Counted from the stretch's first letter, positions 1 through 8,412 are shown. The stretch is 36,194 bases of DNA from Cytophagia bacterium (GCA_013373005.1 JABXIP010000175.1:1-36194), one strand, 5' to 3'. Notes: generated from the letters alone by a model not told the origin. Translations and numbers: made by a program.

Positions 1-56
1 ACCTCCTCAAAACCAACAGGTCTGTATTTTCGGGCCGAGACAACGAATTTTTCCAT
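1..56 (-). CDS. dnaX: DNA polymerase III subunit gamma/tau, N-terminal fragment (continues off the window)
   Basis: Reverse complement from ATG at 56 reads MEKFVVSARKYRPVGFEE, the conserved DnaX N-terminus (ARKYRP). Confidence 0.93.
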   Translation of the reverse strand, partial: MEKFVVSARKYRPVGFEE

Positions 57-76
57 TGCCGCAAGATATAAATTTG

Positions 77-111
77 AGTTAGATGTTCAGAGTTCAAAGT
101 TTAAAGTTTGA
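77..111 (+). repeat. Degenerate 7-mer tandem repeat (5 copies)
   Basis: agttaga/tgttcag/agttcaa/agtttaa/agtttga. Confidence 0.7.
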
Positions 112-130
112 GGAAAAAAAGACTTAGAAC

Positions 131-166
131 CACCAAAGGCGCGAAGAGCGTAAAGACCGTGAATGA
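131..166 (+). repeat. Degenerate 9-mer tandem repeat (4 copies)
   Basis: caccaaagg/cgcgaagag/cgtaaagac/cgtgaatga. Confidence 0.55.
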
Positions 167-169
167 TTT

Positions 170-238
170 TCATCCCGACCTAAGGAGGGATCAGCCCAGC
201 AATATAGCTTGGCAGATCCTTCGGCTTCGCTCAGGATA
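170..238. repeat. Degenerate REP-like palindromic dimer (CGTC/GTCAT type)
   Basis: Two short hairpin units in inverted arrangement, TCATCCCGACCTAAGGAGGGATC and AGATCCTTCGGCTTCGCTCAGGATA. Same layout as the element at 25055-25121. Confidence 0.6.
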
Positions 239-272
239 AAAAAAAGCCCTCCCATGCCGAGGCTTGGGGGGC
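238..272 (-). terminator. Intrinsic terminator of ssrA
   Basis: Minus strand GCCCCCCAAGCC-TC-GGCATGGGAGGGC followed by T8, immediately 3' of the tmRNA. Confidence 0.8.
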
Positions 273-277
273 GAGTG

Positions 278-642
278 TGGAGCCGCAGAGATTCGAACTC
301 TGGTCCAGATAAGGAACACTAAGTGCCTTCTACATGCTTATTTGCCGATTAGTTTTCGAGTTTGTAAAGGACAGCAACCACCCTAATCCAAACCTTATTC
401 GCGGTTAATCTTATACCAACATCACGACCCTATTGATACCAGTTCTGCTTTGTGATGTCTCATATTCCCACCCGGCAGAACGTGGGGTGAGAGAGACACA
501 TTGCTATCTAATACTAATTAGGCAGCAAGGGCGTATTGTCTTTCGCCAATTAAAAGGATGAAAGTTTTATTTAAGGGAAATACTAACAACTCCCTGCATG
601 CTTACACTTGCATTACACCTACTGTCAATTCCAGTCGGCCCC
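278..642 (-). ncRNA. ssrA: tmRNA (transfer-messenger RNA)
   Basis: 5' GGGGCCGACTGGAATTGACAG; 3' T-arm GTTCGAAT and acceptor CGGCTCC-A with the G3:U70-type Ala identity pair. Internal tag frame 547-518 encodes GERQYALAA*. Confidence 0.97.
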
Positions 643-676
643 ATAAGTTTTTAGTTTGCCGTATGCAAAAGGATTA

Positions 677-684
677 CAAATGTA
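677..684 (-). promoter_or_regulatory. Bacteroidota -7 promoter element (TAnnTTTG) for ssrA
   Basis: TACATTTG on the minus strand, about 35 nt upstream of the mature tmRNA 5' end. Confidence 0.6.
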
Positions 685-842
685 AGGGCTTTTTTGTTCC
701 GTGCTAATGGTAATAGCAGCTAGTTGAGATTCTGGATGTTTTTCTTCCTTTCTTGAATGTGGGAAGAAAAATTTCGGAATGACATTCAATTTATAGAGTT
801 GATCCTCTCAAACTCCGCCATTGTCACCATCACCTCCAGTAA

Positions 843-3437
843 CTACTCATTCCTCAAAATTTGCGATGGATTTATTCTAGCTGTTTTGATGGTTTGATAG
901 CCAATAGTTACCAAAGTGACTGATATGGCAGCAAGTCCGGCAATGGCCAATAGACTCCACCCGATGTTAATTCGATACTGATAGTCTAACAGCCATTCAT
1001 TCATAAAGTAGTAGGACAATGGCAGGCCAATCAGAAGTGAAAAGCCAATTAAAATCAGAAGGTCTTTAGAAATAAGGACCATCATTGATGAAATGGATGC
1101 TCCAAGCACTTTTCTAATACCAATCTCTTTAGAACGGTTAGCGGCCATAAAGGAGGTAAGTCCGAACATGCCCATGCAAGCGATGAGGATAGCAATGCCG
1201 GCAAAGGTGATGAATACCCTTTTGAGTTGAAGCTCGAAACTATACATCTGCTGAAAGCGATCATCTAAAAATTGCGAATCAAATGGCAGCCCGGGATTAA
1301 ACTCACTAAAGGTGGATTCCATAAATGAAAGCGTTTCTTTCATGTTATTGCCGGAAATTTTAGCCATTCCGAAAAAGATCCGGGAGGGGTTATACAACAA
1401 AATGAAGGGCTCTATTTTACGCTCCATCGACATAAAATGGAAGTCCTCGATAACTCCTTGAACTGGCGCTTCAACCTCTGCAATGGTAATGTTCTGGCCT
1501 ATAGCTTCCTGCGGAGCCCAGTTGAATAACTCGGCCGCAGTTTGGTTGATGATATAGCTCGGTTTTATTCCTGTGGTATCGTATTCACGGAACGGAACAG
1601 CCTTTGTATTAAAGTCATCACCAGCTAAGAGATTCATGCCCACCACTTCCATAAAGTCTTTATCAGTGTAGAGGCAATAGATGGCTTCTTCATCACCCAA
1701 ATTGTTAAGCTTAATTGGATGAGCAGTCCCTACATGTACAGGTGTATTATGGCTAAAACCAACACTTTCAATATTAGGGTTTGTAAGCAAGGTGGATTTG
1801 AAGGTTTCGAGCTGATCTCTCATGGCCCAACTGTCGACTATAAAGCGGACAACATGCTCACGATCGAAGCCAATATTTTTGTTCTGAATAAATGACAGTT
1901 GCCCGTTAACCACCAAAGTAGCTACGATTAGAAAGGCGGAGATTGAAAACTGAAAAATCACCAGCACTTTTCTTAATTGATTACCATCATTCGAGCTGCT
2001 GAATTTTCCTTTTAATACTGCAACTGGCTTAAAATTAGAAAGCATTAGTGCGGGGTAAGAGCCGGCCAATAGTGTGATGATAACACTCAGTGCTAAAAGC
2101 TGAATCACCAGTTTAGAGTTTGTAAGCTCGGTAACCGTAAAGGTCTGGTCTGACAAAATATTGAACTGAGGAAGAAGGAAAACTGCCAATCCGAAGGATA
2201 GGATCAAGGCAATGATGACGAAGATAAATGACTCGCTTAAAAACTGATAAATAAGCTGCTTGCGTTTGGCGCCAATCACTTTTCTAACACCAACTTCTTT
2301 AGCTCTATGCATGGTTCTGGCAGTAGCCAGGTTCACATAATTGACGCAGGCAATGAGTAAAATGAGAGCAGCGACAGACATAAAAATATAGACATACCTG
2401 ATGTTGCCAGGATTACCTAATTCGTATTGAAGACGCATCTCAGACTGTAGATAAATATCTCCATAGTTTTGAAGCATCAGCGGGATTGGCTCTTCACCTA
2501 TTACCGATTTCAATTCACTATTGATCAGGTTTCCAGCTTTGGCTTCAAATTGCTTGAGGTCTACACTTGGCGCTAGCTGTAAAAAAGTATAGTAACCATC
2601 GTTTGTCCATTGTTCATCTAAAGTCCATGGTACATCGCTCAGTTGTGCCGCGTAGTCCATTTGAATCAATGAGTTTTTAGGAAAAGGAGCTAAAACGCCT
2701 GTAATGGTATAGGTTCTTCCGAAAATGGTTAGGGTTTCTCCAATAACATCTGATTTGCCGTATCTGGCAATGGCCTCCTTTTCAGAAATGACCAGTGAAG
2801 CCGGGTTGTCGAATAGATGCTCCTTGTCACCATAAAGCAGTGGGAAGGTGAACATCTTGAAAAACGCTGGCTCTAAGTAATGCACATTGGCCATGTAGGT
2901 GTTTTGCTTCACCTTGAATGTTCGGCTGCCTAATACAATCAATCGGGCAGATTCAACTATTTCATCTTCAAAACTCCTGTCGAGCAAAGCACCAACCACA
3001 CTCGGTACGAAAGCTTTTTCACCATCTATAATGCGATAGATTTGGTCTTTATTTTCATGAAAATTATCGAAGCTTAATTGATGCTGAACGTACATGCTGA
3101 TCAAGATGAAGCTTGTAAGTCCAACCATAAGACCAGCAATGTTAATGAACGAGTAGGCTTTATGCCTTGCAGCATTTCTGAATGCTATTTTGAAATAGTT
3201 TTTGAACATGACGATGTTGTTTGTTGAGTTTTGAGAGTTTGGGAGTGTGCGTAGGCGATAACCTCTGATGAATTTGAAAACATTGAGCCAGTAAAGTCTT
3301 TTTGCTTTAGGGGTACCATATTTCTCAACATGGAATTCAAAGCGCTCATATAAGTCGCCAAGAATTTCTTCCTGGAATTCATCTTTACAGTAGAATGCGA
3401 GAAAACGCTCTGCTAATTTGGGAGGGCCTGCCTTCAT
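843..3437 (-). CDS. MacB/FtsX-type duplicated ABC permease with N-terminal permease-prefix domain
   Basis: PPKLAERFLAFYC...EEILGDLYE prefix, then MFKNYFKIAFRN, two FtsX repeats (RAKEVGVRKVIGA, RSKEIGIRKVLGAS) and C-terminal INPSQILRNE. Start moved from 3479 to the ATG at 3437, which overlaps the PadR stop (ATGA). Confidence 0.9.
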   Translation of the reverse strand: MKAGPPKLAERFLAFYCKDEFQEEILGDLYERFEFHVEKYGTPKAKRLYWLNVFKFIRGYRLRTLPNSQNSTNNIVMFKNYFKIAFRNAARHKAYSFINIAGLMVGLTSFILISMYVQHQLSFDNFHENKDQIYRIIDGEKAFVPSVVGALLDRSFEDEIVESARLIVLGSRTFKVKQNTYMANVHYLEPAFFKMFTFPLLYGDKEHLFDNPASLVISEKEAIARYGKSDVIGETLTIFGRTYTITGVLAPFPKNSLIQMDYAAQLSDVPWTLDEQWTNDGYYTFLQLAPSVDLKQFEAKAGNLINSELKSVIGEEPIPLMLQNYGDIYLQSEMRLQYELGNPGNIRYVYIFMSVAALILLIACVNYVNLATARTMHRAKEVGVRKVIGAKRKQLIYQFLSESFIFVIIALILSFGLAVFLLPQFNILSDQTFTVTELTNSKLVIQLLALSVIITLLAGSYPALMLSNFKPVAVLKGKFSSSNDGNQLRKVLVIFQFSISAFLIVATLVVNGQLSFIQNKNIGFDREHVVRFIVDSWAMRDQLETFKSTLLTNPNIESVGFSHNTPVHVGTAHPIKLNNLGDEEAIYCLYTDKDFMEVVGMNLLAGDDFNTKAVPFREYDTTGIKPSYIINQTAAELFNWAPQEAIGQNITIAEVEAPVQGVIEDFHFMSMERKIEPFILLYNPSRIFFGMAKISGNNMKETLSFMESTFSEFNPGLPFDSQFLDDRFQQMYSFELQLKRVFITFAGIAILIACMGMFGLTSFMAANRSKEIGIRKVLGASISSMMVLISKDLLILIGFSLLIGLPLSYYFMNEWLLDYQYRINIGWSLLAIAGLAAISVTLVTIGYQTIKTARINPSQILRNE

Positions 3438-3775
3438 TGAATTTTGTTGTCGAATACAAAATCGGGCATTTGCCCCCATAGGTATTGGCGCGCGTCACGT
3501 GCTTCAATTAGAGCTTCTTTACCAGTGCTGGTAATTGAGAAGATGCGTTTTCTTCTGCCCCCTCGTTGATCTGAGGCACCACCCATTTCCGATTTCACAA
3601 AGCCTTTTTCCTCTAAGCGATACAGAGCTGTGTGCACCGAACTCATGTTGACTGATCGTCCGAGCTCGGCTTCAATTACATTGGTGATAGACATGCCGTA
3701 AGCTTGACCATGCTGCACGGCTACTATGAGCAGTACTGTCTCTTCAAATTCACCCAATTGATATTTTCTTGTCAT
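3434..3775 (-). CDS. PadR-family transcriptional regulator
   Basis: LGEFEETVLL, AYG, VHTALYRLEEKGFV, RGGRRKRIF winged-helix motifs; translationally coupled to the permease. Confidence 0.92.
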   Translation of the reverse strand: MTRKYQLGEFEETVLLIVAVQHGQAYGMSITNVIEAELGRSVNMSSVHTALYRLEEKGFVKSEMGGASDQRGGRRKRIFSITSTGKEALIEARDARQYLWGQMPDFVFDNKIQ

Positions 3776-3784
3776 ATCTATTAG

Positions 3785-3833
3785 TTACTGATTCGTAAAA
3801 CTAATAGAAAATTAATTACTTACCCATTTGTAA
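3785..3833. promoter_or_regulatory. Two TTAC-N6-GTAA palindromes, candidate PadR operators
   Basis: TTACTGATTCGTAA (3785-3798) and TTACCCATTTGTAA (3820-3833), just upstream of padR. Confidence 0.5.
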
Positions 3834-3982
3834 AGGTTATTATTTACTCATAATGATTTGAGTAAGTCGAAAGGGATGGTTAATTCGATCTTTTCCACTC
3901 TGTCATTGCCACTTTCACTTCACCGTAAGTGTATTTGTTAGCTGATTATCATTAATTTGAATCCTTAATATTTAGGTTTATT

Positions 3983-4130
3983 TTGAATGAAATATCATTC
4001 ATTATGGGTTATAATTTGAAATAATGACTGAATTATCATTCATATTGAGTATATTTGATTTTTTATATTATGACTGACTATTCAGTCATAAAGTTATTAA
4101 ATATCATATAATGAATGATAAATCATACAA
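3983..4130. promoter_or_regulatory. Array of four palindromic operators (ATGAMTGA-N4-TCAKTCAT) upstream of and overlapping hipB
   Basis: Copies at 3983-4002, 4024-4043, 4070-4089 (inside the perfect 10-bp IR 4068-4091) and 4111-4130. Confidence 0.75.
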
Positions 4131-4461
4131 AGATTGGTCGTTAATGAGTGATAAGGCTTTGAGTGAGGTGATTGGAGGCTTTGTCAAGCATCATCGTTTG
4201 AAGCAGCAAATGACACAGGCTCAGGCGGCAAAGGCCGCAGGTATGAGTAGGTCAACGCTTAGTCTCTTAGAGAGAGGCGAGCCTGTAAATCTTATGAGTT
4301 TGATCCAAGTGCTTAGAGTATTAGACCTCCTTTATGTTATGGAGGCTTTTCAAATGAAAGAGGAAATTAGTCCCTTGGCCTATGCAAAAATGAAAAAGAA
4401 GCAAAAACAACGGGCAAGAGTAAATAAAGTAGAAGAACCTAAGGAGGATCTGGGATGGTAG
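4111..4461 (+). CDS. hipB: HipB-like XRE/HTH antitoxin
   Basis: HTH motif TQAQAAKAAGMSRSTLSLLERG; overlaps the hipA start by 7 nt. Confidence 0.82.
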   Translation: MNDKSYKDWSLMSDKALSEVIGGFVKHHRLKQQMTQAQAAKAAGMSRSTLSLLERGEPVNLMSLIQVLRVLDLLYVMEAFQMKEEISPLAYAKMKKKQKQRARVNKVEEPKEDLGW

Positions 4462-5759
4462 ATGTTGCCGAAGTAAAGATATGGGGGCAATTAGTGGGGG
4501 CAGTTCGATGGAATGAATCTTCTGGCTTAGCAAGCTTTGAATACGCTCCTGTTTTTCAAACGAAAGGATGGGATTTATCACCAATTAAAATGCCCATTCG
4601 CAGTGGTTCCCAGATTTATAGCTTTCCTGAACTCAAAAAAGGTAAAAATGAAGATTACGATACTTTCAAAGGATTACCTGGTTTACTGGCCGATTCGTTA
4701 CCGGATCGCTATGGTAACCAGCTCATGAATGTTTGGTTGGCACAAAGAGGGAGACCAGAAAATAGCATGAATCCGGTAGAGCAGCTCTGCTTTATCGGAA
4801 AGCGAGGAATGGGGGCACTGGAGTTTGAACCTGCTCAGTTGCCGTCTAGACAAGGAAGCTCGCAAATTGAAGTCGATTCTTTGGTGGAAGTAGCGCGAAA
4901 GATGCTCTCTCAGAAGAAGGGTTTTGAAGCCAACCTCTCTGAAGATGAGCAACAGGCTCTTCAACAAATACTAAGAGTAGGAACCTCCGCTGGAGGTGCG
5001 AGGCCTAAGGCAATAATCGCCTATCATCCTGAAACAGGCAATGTAAGGTCTGGCCAATTGAAGGCACCTGAAGGATTTGAACACTGGCTCTTGAAATTGG
5101 ATGGCGTGAGTGATGCACAATTTGGAGAAAGTAGTGGTTGGGGAAGAATAGAGTATGCCTATTATTTGATGGCGACCCATTGTGGTATTGAGATGATGGA
5201 ATCAAAGATGCTGGAAGAAAATGGCAGGGCACATTTCATGACTAAAAGATTTGACAGGGAAGGTAACAATACCAAGCATCATGTGCAGACGCTCTGTGGT
5301 ATTCAGCATTATGATTACAACCAGAGAGGAGCTTTCAGTTATGAGCAAGTATTTCAAACCATGCGCCAACTTAGGCTGACCTACCCTGAGGCTGAGCAAA
5401 TGTTCAGGCGAATGGCATTCAACATCATGGCCAAGAACTGCGATGATCACACCAAGAATTTTGCTTTTATATTGAAGAAGGACGACCGGTGGAGGCTGGC
5501 TCCAGCTTATGATATCTGTTATGCCTACAATCCTGATAATTTTTGGCTGCATAATCAGACCATGCGCTTAAGAGGCAAGCAGGATCATTTTACAAAAGAA
5601 GATTTGTTGAGTATAGGCAAAGAGAACAATATCAAAAAGGCGGCTCAAATTATTGAACAGGTTCAAGACTCAATTAATGATTGGCCTCAATTTGCAATGG
5701 AGGCTGGTTTAAGTGATGCTAAAACAAAAGCCCTGCAACGTTCCTTTCCCAAACTCTAA
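4455..5759 (+). CDS. hipA: HipA-family Ser/Thr kinase toxin (type II toxin-antitoxin)
   Basis: HipA N-terminal DSLPDRYG, P-loop GTSAGGARPK, catalytic DDHTKN and LAPAYD. Confidence 0.93.
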   Translation: MVDVAEVKIWGQLVGAVRWNESSGLASFEYAPVFQTKGWDLSPIKMPIRSGSQIYSFPELKKGKNEDYDTFKGLPGLLADSLPDRYGNQLMNVWLAQRGRPENSMNPVEQLCFIGKRGMGALEFEPAQLPSRQGSSQIEVDSLVEVARKMLSQKKGFEANLSEDEQQALQQILRVGTSAGGARPKAIIAYHPETGNVRSGQLKAPEGFEHWLLKLDGVSDAQFGESSGWGRIEYAYYLMATHCGIEMMESKMLEENGRAHFMTKRFDREGNNTKHHVQTLCGIQHYDYNQRGAFSYEQVFQTMRQLRLTYPEAEQMFRRMAFNIMAKNCDDHTKNFAFILKKDDRWRLAPAYDICYAYNPDNFWLHNQTMRLRGKQDHFTKEDLLSIGKENNIKKAAQIIEQVQDSINDWPQFAMEAGLSDAKTKALQRSFPKL

Positions 5760-5766
5760 AAAGGTG

Positions 5767-7959
5767 TCACTTTTCCTTTTGATGCAGTCTCTTCCACTCC
5801 GTCATCGCCACTCGTACTTCTCCATAGGTATATTCATCGCCTAGCTGGTTTTTTATTTCTGTGAGGCTGGTGGTTTCCGGAGTGATCAGGCTGATGATGT
5901 TTTTGAGCTTTTGCTCATCTACCAGATCAGTGGCTTTTACTTCTCCGGTTTCAATGTATTTACAGAGGTGACCCTCAACGGTGGAGGAAACCAGACCCCT
6001 TTCCTCGGCAATTTCTTCAACAGTCTTGCCTTTTTTGTAAAGCTCAAAGCTTATTTCAGCTGTTGGGGTTTTGTCTTTCTTCTTTTCCGTTTTAGGAATG
6101 ATCACTTCTTTCAACACATCCTGAACATCTTGCTTGGTGAGCGATTTACCCTCAGCCATGAATTGAATGCAAAGACCGGCTCTGAGCAAGGCCATTTGTT
6201 TGTTGAAGAGTAATTCGGAAAGCTCTTTCAGTTCCTTTCTATAAGTCTTTAGCCTGGTTTTGTCTTTCAGGTTTTTGTCGTGTGTTTTAATGGCATCATA
6301 GGCTGTCATCAGAATTGGCGCAAAGTATTCCTTGGCCTTTTCAACTCTTTCGGCCAAGAGCTTCAAATCCCGATCCTGATGAATGATGGTGTAAGCCTGG
6401 CTTTGGAAGCCCTTGCCTACCTTCACCAAGGGTAGCAATGGCTCAACCAATCCGTTGGTCCACTCCTGAAACTGCTGCTTAAGCGAACGATTTTCCTGCT
6501 TATCGAAGCTTGTGATGTGGCTTTTAAAAGCTCTCACCAACTCATCAAAATCGAAGTGTCGGCAAATGAGTTGAAAGAGGTATTCGTTTCGATCACTGGC
6601 TAGTCTGTCTGAAAGCTCATCCAGCGATGGTTTGGCTTCAGAAAACTCTCGCATGGAGCTGGATATGTCGAAACCGTCTGTCGGTATTTTGGAGGAAAGC
6701 ACCAGTCCATCCAGTGAAGTCAATCTGGAAAGTGCCACATAAACCTGACCTTGAGTAAAGGCTCCAGAGAGATCTAGAATGGCCTTTTCAAAAGTGAGGC
6801 CCTGGCTCTTGTGTACTGTTACTGCCCAGGCAAGCTTTAGCGGGAAGTGAGTGAAACTTCCCAGAATTTTCTCATCTATCTCATTGGTGTCTTTATTGAG
6901 TGTGTAGCGCTTGTTTTCCCAGGTATACAAAGGAACGGGTACTTCATCGCCATTCTCAAACTTCACCTTAATGGATGTTGTGCTAAGAGATGAGACTACC
7001 CCAATCTTTCCGTTAAAGAATTGCCCATCACCGCTTGGGTCGTTCTTAATGAACATTACCTGAGCTCCTTCTTTCAGCACCAATTCCTCGGGAACAGGAT
7101 AGGAGTTTTCAGGAAAGTCCTGGCTGATTTCTGCCTGAAACGAATGACTTTTGGTATCTAATGCCCCCAGTCGCTCCGTGTTAATATTATCGGCCTTGCG
7201 GTTGTGAGTGGTCAGGTGAATAAAGCCCTCTGCATCAGCTTCACTAAGCTCCGGCTTATAGAACTGATTGAGAAAGTTGATGTCCTCAGCACTTTGCTTA
7301 TTCTCCCTAAATCGGTTGAGTATGGCAATGAATTGATCATCACTCTGACGGTATATTTTCTCTAATTCAACATGTATAAGGGGTTGACTAGATAGCGCTT
7401 TAGCTTCAAAGAAATATGATGAGCTGTAATAGGACTTCAGGATATTCCATTCATCATCTTTTACCACTGGGGGTAGTTGAAGCAGGTCACCAATAAATAG
7501 AATTTGAGCTCCACCAAAGGGAACATCTTTTCGTTTTCTCAGGTAGCGCAGCATATGGTCAATGCAGTCGAGCAGATCGGCTCTCAGCATACTTACCTCA
7601 TCAATAATGAGCAGTTCCATTTCCTGAATTAGCTGCCTTTTTGAGCTATTGAATCTGAGGTTAGAAAAGAGATTGTAAAGGGTGGTGAACTGGGTATTTA
7701 CATTTGGTGGAACAACTCTCTCAGGAATAAATGCCCCGAATGGAAGTTGCAACAAAGAGTGTAGGGTAACCCCTTGCGCATTGATAGCTGCAATGCCTGT
7801 TGGGGCAGCCACAATAGTTTTTTTATGAGTATGCTCTACAATATGCTTGAGAAAGGTGGTTTTGCCGGTACCGGCTTTGCCGGTAAGGAAAACGTGCCTG
7901 TCGGTGGTATTGATGAAATCGGCAGTGAGTTTCGCTATGTCACTTAGCTCGTATTGCAT
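5767..7959 (-). CDS. PIF1/RecD-like SF1B helicase with C-terminal helix-turn-helix domain
   Basis: Walker A GKAGTGKT, APTGIAA, DEVSM, GDLLQLPPV, AVTVHKSQGLT, QVYVALSR. C-terminal TVEEIAEERGLVSSTVEGHL HTH. Confidence 0.9.
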   Translation of the reverse strand: MQYELSDIAKLTADFINTTDRHVFLTGKAGTGKTTFLKHIVEHTHKKTIVAAPTGIAAINAQGVTLHSLLQLPFGAFIPERVVPPNVNTQFTTLYNLFSNLRFNSSKRQLIQEMELLIIDEVSMLRADLLDCIDHMLRYLRKRKDVPFGGAQILFIGDLLQLPPVVKDDEWNILKSYYSSSYFFEAKALSSQPLIHVELEKIYRQSDDQFIAILNRFRENKQSAEDINFLNQFYKPELSEADAEGFIHLTTHNRKADNINTERLGALDTKSHSFQAEISQDFPENSYPVPEELVLKEGAQVMFIKNDPSGDGQFFNGKIGVVSSLSTTSIKVKFENGDEVPVPLYTWENKRYTLNKDTNEIDEKILGSFTHFPLKLAWAVTVHKSQGLTFEKAILDLSGAFTQGQVYVALSRLTSLDGLVLSSKIPTDGFDISSSMREFSEAKPSLDELSDRLASDRNEYLFQLICRHFDFDELVRAFKSHITSFDKQENRSLKQQFQEWTNGLVEPLLPLVKVGKGFQSQAYTIIHQDRDLKLLAERVEKAKEYFAPILMTAYDAIKTHDKNLKDKTRLKTYRKELKELSELLFNKQMALLRAGLCIQFMAEGKSLTKQDVQDVLKEVIIPKTEKKKDKTPTAEISFELYKKGKTVEEIAEERGLVSSTVEGHLCKYIETGEVKATDLVDEQKLKNIISLITPETTSLTEIKNQLGDEYTYGEVRVAMTEWKRLHQKEK

Positions 7960-8058
7960 TTGTTTATTGATTCAATTTAAAGAGGATGTTTTAAAAAAAC
8001 ACACCTAATGACCCGGTTCAATAAAAATCGTGTTGGGTATTTTTTCTAGATTACAAAT

Positions 8059-8145
8059 ATGAAAAAGAACTCTAGCCTACTGGCAGCATTCATCGTTTTT
8101 CTGGTCTTTTTTATTGCTGCAGTCATTTACACACTTCTGTATTAA
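8059..8145 (+). CDS. Putative 28-aa single-pass membrane protein (not in ORF track)
   Basis: MKKNSSLLAAFIVFLVFFIAAVIYTLLY*: basic N-terminus, about 20 hydrophobic residues, A-rich leader. Confidence 0.5.
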   Translation: MKKNSSLLAAFIVFLVFFIAAVIYTLLY

Positions 8146-8151
8146 GTCAAT

Positions 8152-8159
8152 TACCTTTG
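8152..8159 (+). promoter_or_regulatory. Bacteroidota -7 promoter element
   Basis: TACCTTTG, 4 nt before ATG 8164. Confidence 0.55.
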
Positions 8160-8163
8160 CTGA

Positions 8164-8412
8164 ATGAAATGCTCTTCAGGAAAATATCAGTACATGTCTG
8201 AGGATTTGGCAGAGACCGCCCTAATTGATCAGCATATCTACAAAGGCTTCCTTCCTCATGAAGGACCACAGAATGTGTACGAGTGTCAGGTTTGCGGTTA
8301 CTGGCATCTTACCTCAAAGGCCCCAGAGCAAAACGCCAGACTTACAGAAATGATAGAATCCGGAGAAATGAAACGCAAACAGGAAGCTAGCAAATGGGAG
8401 CGAGGATTTTGA
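8164..8412 (+). CDS. Small hypothetical protein with putative zinc-binding site
   Basis: N-terminal Cys (MKCSSGK) plus YECQVCGYWHLTS. Confidence 0.75.
   Translation: MKCSSGKYQYMSEDLAETALIDQHIYKGFLPHEGPQNVYECQVCGYWHLTSKAPEQNARLTEMIESGEMKRKQEASKWERGF

Noticed and set aside
739-771. 10-bp inverted repeat TTTTTCTTCC/GGAAGAAAAA as a terminator
   Set aside because: The T-run precedes the stem on both strands, so it lacks terminator polarity. The adjacent CGGAATGACA may be a REP remnant but is too degraded to call.
3438-3479. ORF-track N-terminal extensions (also 17233-17268, 22230-22271, 25172-25177)
   Set aside because: Downstream ATGs fit family N-termini, ATGA coupling or promoter positions better.
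3983-4130. CRISPR-like array (regularly spaced ~20-bp repeats)
   Set aside because: Repeats are short, degenerate palindromes overlapping a start codon, with no cas genes; better explained as operators.
278-5759. Genomic island integrated at ssrA (permease, padR and hipBA look accessory)
   Set aside because: These genes lie on the 5' side of ssrA, while integration normally targets the 3' end. No integrase or duplicated ssrA fragment is seen.
4111-7959. hipBA plus helicase as a single anti-phage system
   Set aside because: The genes are convergent, not co-transcribed, and this PIF1-like helicase architecture is, as far as I recall, common in Bacteroidota chromosomes; adjacency alone is insufficient.
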